Source: Bilabrum cf. latius (lineage: Eukaryota). Taken from it: DNA of 45,504 bases. Below, one piece after another: positions 41,470 to 45,504 of this stretch. How positions within the stretch are numbered: position 1 is the first letter of the stretch; every line of letters starts with the position of its first letter. Position numbers and translations under genes: made by a program. The stretch is taken from assembly GCA_965178125.1 (NCBI GenBank), contig OZ237765.1:806001-851504 (forward strand). The letters run 5' to 3'. The notes under the pieces are model-generated. The model did not search any database. It saw only the letters and a list, made by a program, of their open reading frames with translations, and was not told the DNA's origin.

Positions 41470-44012
41470 AAACCTACTCGGGGGAGGTTTCAAAACCTAC
41501 CCAGGGCGGTTTCAAAACCTACCCAGGGCGGTTTCAAAACCTACCCAGGGCGGTTTCAAAACCTACCCAGGGCGGTTTCAAAACCTACCCAGGGCGGTTT
41601 CAAAACCTACCCAGGGCGGTTTCAAAACCTACCCAGGGCGGTTTCAAAACCTACCCAGGGCGGTTTCAAAACCTACCCAGGGCGGTTTCAAAACCTACCC
41701 AGGGCGGTTTCAAAACCTACCCAGGGCGGTTTCAAAACCTACCCAGGGCGGTTTCAAAACCTACCCAGGGCGGTTTCAAAACCTACCCAGGGCGGTTTCA
41801 AAACCTACCCAGGGCGGTTTCAAAACCTACCCAGGGCGGTTTCAAAACCTACCCAGGGCGGTTTCAAAACCTACCCAGGGCGGTTTCAAAACCTACCCAG
41901 GGCGGTTTCAAAACCTACCCAGGGCGGTTTCAAAACCTACCCAGGGCGGTTTCAAAACCTACCCAGGGCGGTTTCAAAACCTACCCAGGGCGGTTTCAAA
42001 ACCTACCCAGGGCGGTTTCAAAACCTACCCAGGGCGGTTTCAAAACCTACCCAGGGCGGTTTCAAAACCTACCCAGGGCGGTTTCAAAACCTACCCAGGG
42101 CGGTTTCAAAACCTACCCAGGGCGGTTTCAAAACCTACCCAGGGCGGTTTCAAAACCTACCCAGGGCGGTTTCAAAACCTACCCAGGGCGGTTTCAAAAC
42201 CTACCCAGGGCGGTTTCAAAACCTACCCAGGGCGGTTTCAAAACCTACCCAGGGCGGTTTCAAAACCTACCCAGGGCGGTTTCAAAACCTACCCAGGGCG
42301 GTTTCAAAACCTACCCAGGGCGGTTTCAAAACCTACCCAGGGAGGTTTCAAAACCTACCCAGGGCGGTTTCAAAACCTACCCAGGGCGGTTTCAAAACCT
42401 ACCCAGGGCGGTTTCAAAACCTACCCAGGGCGGTTTCAAAACCTACCCAGGGCGGTTTCAAAACCTACCCAGGGCGGTTTCAAAACCTACCCAGGGCGGT
42501 TTCAAAACCTACCCAGGGCGGTTTCAAAACCTACCCAGGGCGGTTTCAAAACCTACCCAGGGCGGTTTCAAAACCTACCCAGGGCGGTTTCAAAACCTAC
42601 CCAGGGCGGTTTCAAAACCTACCCAGGGCGGTTTCAAAACCTACCCAGGGCGGTTTCGAAACCTACCCAGGGCGGTTTCAAAACCTACCCAGGGCGGTTT
42701 CAAAACCTACCCAGGGCGGTTTCAAAACCTACCCAGGGCGGTTTCAAAACCTACCCAGGGCGGTTTCAAAACCTACCCAGGGCGGTTTCAAAACCTACCC
42801 AGGGCGGTTTCAAAACCTACCCAGGGCGGTTTCAAAACCTACCCAGGGCGGTTTCAAAACCTACCCAGGGCGGTTTCAAAACCTACCCAGGGCGGTTTCA
42901 AAACCTACCCAGGGCGGTTTCAAAACCTACCCAGGGCGGTTTCAAAACCTACCCAGGGCGGTTTCAAAACCTACCCAGGGCGGTTTCAAAACCTACCCAG
43001 GGCGGTTTCAAAACCTACCCAGGGCGGTTTCAAAACCTACCCAGGGCGGTTTCAAAACCTACCCAGGGCGGTTTCAAAACCTACCCAGGGCGGTTTCAAA
43101 ACCTACCCAGGGAGGTTTCAAAACCTACCCAGGGAGGTTTCAAAACCTACCCAGGGCGGTTTCAAAACCTACCCAGGGCGGTTTCAAAACCTACCCAGGG
43201 CGGTTTCAAAACCTACCCAGGGCGGTTTCAAAACCTACCCAGGGCGGTTTCAAAACCTACCCAGGGCGGTTTCAAAACCTACCCAGGGCGGTTTCAAAAC
43301 CTACCCAGGGCGGTTTCAAAACCTACCCAGGGCGGTTTCAAAACCTACCCAGGGCGGTTTCAAAACCTACCCAGGGCGGTTTCAAAACCTACCCAGGGCG
43401 GTTTCAAAACCTACCCAGGGCGGTTTCAAAACCTACCCAGGGCGGTTTCAAAACCTACCCAGGGCGGTTTCAAAACCTACCCAGGGCGGTTTCAAAACCT
43501 ACCCAGGGAGGTTTCAAAACCTACCCAGGGAGGTTTCAAAACCTACCCAGGGAGGTTTCAAAACCTACCCAGGGAGGTTTCAAAACCTACCCAGGGAGGT
43601 TTCAAAACCTACCCAGGGAGGTTTCAAAACCTACCCAGGGCGGTTTCAAAACCTACCCAGGGCGGTTTCAAAACCTACCCAGGGCGGTTTCAAAACCTAC
43701 CCAGGGCGGTTTCAAAACCTACCCAGGGCGGTTTCAAAACCTACCCAGGGCGGTTTCAAAACCTACCCAGGGCGGTTTCAAAACCTACCCAGGGCGGTTT
43801 CAAAACCTACCCAGGGAGGTTTCAAAACCTACCCAGGGCGGTTTCAAAACCTACCCAGGGAGGTTTCAAAACCTACCCAGGGAGGTTTCAAAACCTACCC
43901 AGGGAGGTTTCAAAACCTACCCAGGGAGGTTTCAAAACCTACCCAGGGAGGTTTCAAAACCTACCCAGGGAGGTTTCAAAACCTACCCAGGGAGGTTTGA
44001 AACCTACCCTAG
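41470..44012. repeat. 22-bp minisatellite (GGTTTCAAAACCTACCCAGGGM), ~115 copies
   Basis: Near-perfect array with a C/A variant at the last position and degenerate copies at both edges. Confidence 0.98.
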
Positions 44013-44275
44013 GTGTGGGTTTGGGAATCCAGTGGTTATTGACCGATATTCAATGTTGTGGCTCGTTCTACGTAGCCATATGTATGCGTTAACCTCCTTG
44101 GTCGATACATCGCTTTGACATCAGGTATTCGTTGGCTTATAGTCAAGACTAAATAGATTGCGTCCTGGCTCCTACTATCCCGTCCTAACGGGTCACTGGC
44201 TGGCACTCTGGCAAGCTCCTCTCACAAGCTGGCCCAGCTGCCACTGACCTCAATTGGTATCCGCCTGGCTGCTTT

Positions 44276-45504
44276 TCACTCGTTATCGGAGGAGGGTTCC
44301 GCATCGACAGCTGCCAGGAGCGCCTCAACAGCGTCCACGTCTGCTGCATTGAGATCTCCTTCCGCCGTCTTCTCGAGGGCCGTCATCAGGCCTACGAGCG
44401 TGCCCAACCCGTCGTCCCTCTCTTGAATTGTTTCCTGCACGTCCTCGAGCATGTCGTCGAGAGTTCGGCTGACGCCCAGCGCTATGTCATCGCAGGCAGC
44501 GAGGATGCGGTCCACCAGGTGCCGCTGCTAGTCGGTGAAGCCGTTGTCATCCACTCCACCGTCGTTCTCAGAGTCGTCTTGCTGGTTCTGGGCCTCGTTC
44601 TCTTCTTCCTCATCCAGCTCGTCCTGATCCTCCTCGTCCTGCTGCACGAGTTCTATCGGAGCCTCATCCTCGTCCTCTTCATCGGCTGCGTCTGCGTGGT
44701 ATCGATCACCGATCTCCTCTTCATCCTCCTCAGAGTCCTGTCGAGGCAGTGATGCTGCTGCTCCACTCCTTGCGCCTCTTGCTCCCCTCTTGTCCTGGCC
44801 AACGGCGTGGCGAGCTCCTCCGCCATAGCCCGGTTGGAGAATGGGCGATCGCTTGTGCTGTATCTTAGCCCGAGGTGCCGCTTCAGTCGCCTTCCTGCGC
44901 TCCGGTTCTGCCGGTTGCGCACCTTCATCCCTCGGCTTTCCCTTTGACTTTCCCTTTGACTTGCCCGCGGCCTTGGTCCTGGCCTTCAATTTGGCCTTTG
45001 CCTTTTCCCTGGCCTTGGCCTCCGCTCTCCGCTTGGGGCCGAGTAGGTCGTTGTTCAGTCGCTCGGTCTATGAGTCGCTGGACTCTGAGCCGTCTGAATC
45101 TTGCTCGCCTCGTTTCCTCTGGGCCTTGTAGGCACTGTGGTCCGCGACACCGTCGTCGGGGTCGTCCTCGTCGTCGTCGACCATGGCACTCCGTTTGTCC
45201 TTGCCAGCACGGGGTGCTCCACTCGGCGAAGCAGCAGCGGCTCCCGCAGAAGCATCTTGGTCCCCTGCGGCTGCCGCGGCAGAGTCCTTGACTGCCATGT
45301 CAAACACGTCTTGGAACACAGCCTGCATGCCTCCACGCGCACGCACAGAGGCTTTCCCAGCTCCGTAGTCGCAGACGAACTTGATCGCGGTCTTGTAGTT
45401 CCTCCGCAAGCCATCCATGCCTGCCTTGAACCAAGGATTGTGGCTGGTAGAGTAGCCGCTGTCGCGCAGGCCCATGAGCATCTAATTCATCTTGCGGTAG
45501 CCTG
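44276..45504 (-). CDS. Hypothetical charged low-complexity protein, 5'-truncated by the window edge
   Basis: ORFs 45068-45481, 44528-44989 and 44276-44515 share one frame, with TAGs at 45482, 45068 and 44528. The frame is open to the window end. Stop is TGA at 44276. No family recognised. Confidence 0.75.

Noticed and set aside
41470-44012. CRISPR array (the repeat contains GTTTCAAAAC and has a dyad)
   Set aside because: Units are directly adjacent with no unique spacers, no cas genes are present, and the context is eukaryotic.
41305-44118. 937-aa and 859-aa ORFs made of a 22-aa repeat
   Set aside because: These are a by-product of a stop-free 22-bp unit, which gives the same peptide in every plus frame. 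The starts lie inside the upstream satellite and there is no evidence of coding.
1-45504. tRNA (including a CUA suppressor), rRNA or eRF1 gene
   Set aside because: None recognisable by eye in this window; the decoding machinery is presumably encoded elsewhere.

Overview
This is compact, GC-rich eukaryotic nuclear DNA from a flagellated protist: it has spliceosomal GT-AG introns, a CFAP418 homolog and TTAGGG telomere repeats. The low-complexity protein style is reminiscent of Cafeteria-like stramenopiles, but that taxonomy is only an inference. The main result is a non-standard nuclear genetic code in which TAG is a sense codon, most likely Gln, while TAA and TGA remain stops. Joining the fragmented ORFs by hand gives 17 genes. 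Every one carries in-frame TAGs (about 73 counted), and none has an internal TAA or TGA. The 16 genes whose 3' ends lie in the window end in TGA (12) or TAA (4). TAG falls on the conserved Gln of the CFAP418 C-Q-C-S-W motif, inside a polyQ run, and opposite a Gln in a paralogous GAF repeat. Recognisable genes are NOP9, ALG3, EME1, NAA25/MDM20, a PPR-like protein, a secreted hyperacidic repeat protein, CFAP418, a GT8 glycosyltransferase, a SUMO-like-domain protein, isopentenyl phosphate kinase and a D/D + tandem-GAF protein. At 39.0 kb the gene-dense arm runs into about 91 TTAGGG repeats, but the sequence continues. It is followed by a 155-bp satellite (about 11.7 copies), a 22-bp minisatellite (about 115 copies) and another TAG-containing ORF pointing back toward the telomere tract. 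This may be a telomere-attached mobile element or an end fusion; a misassembly cannot be excluded.
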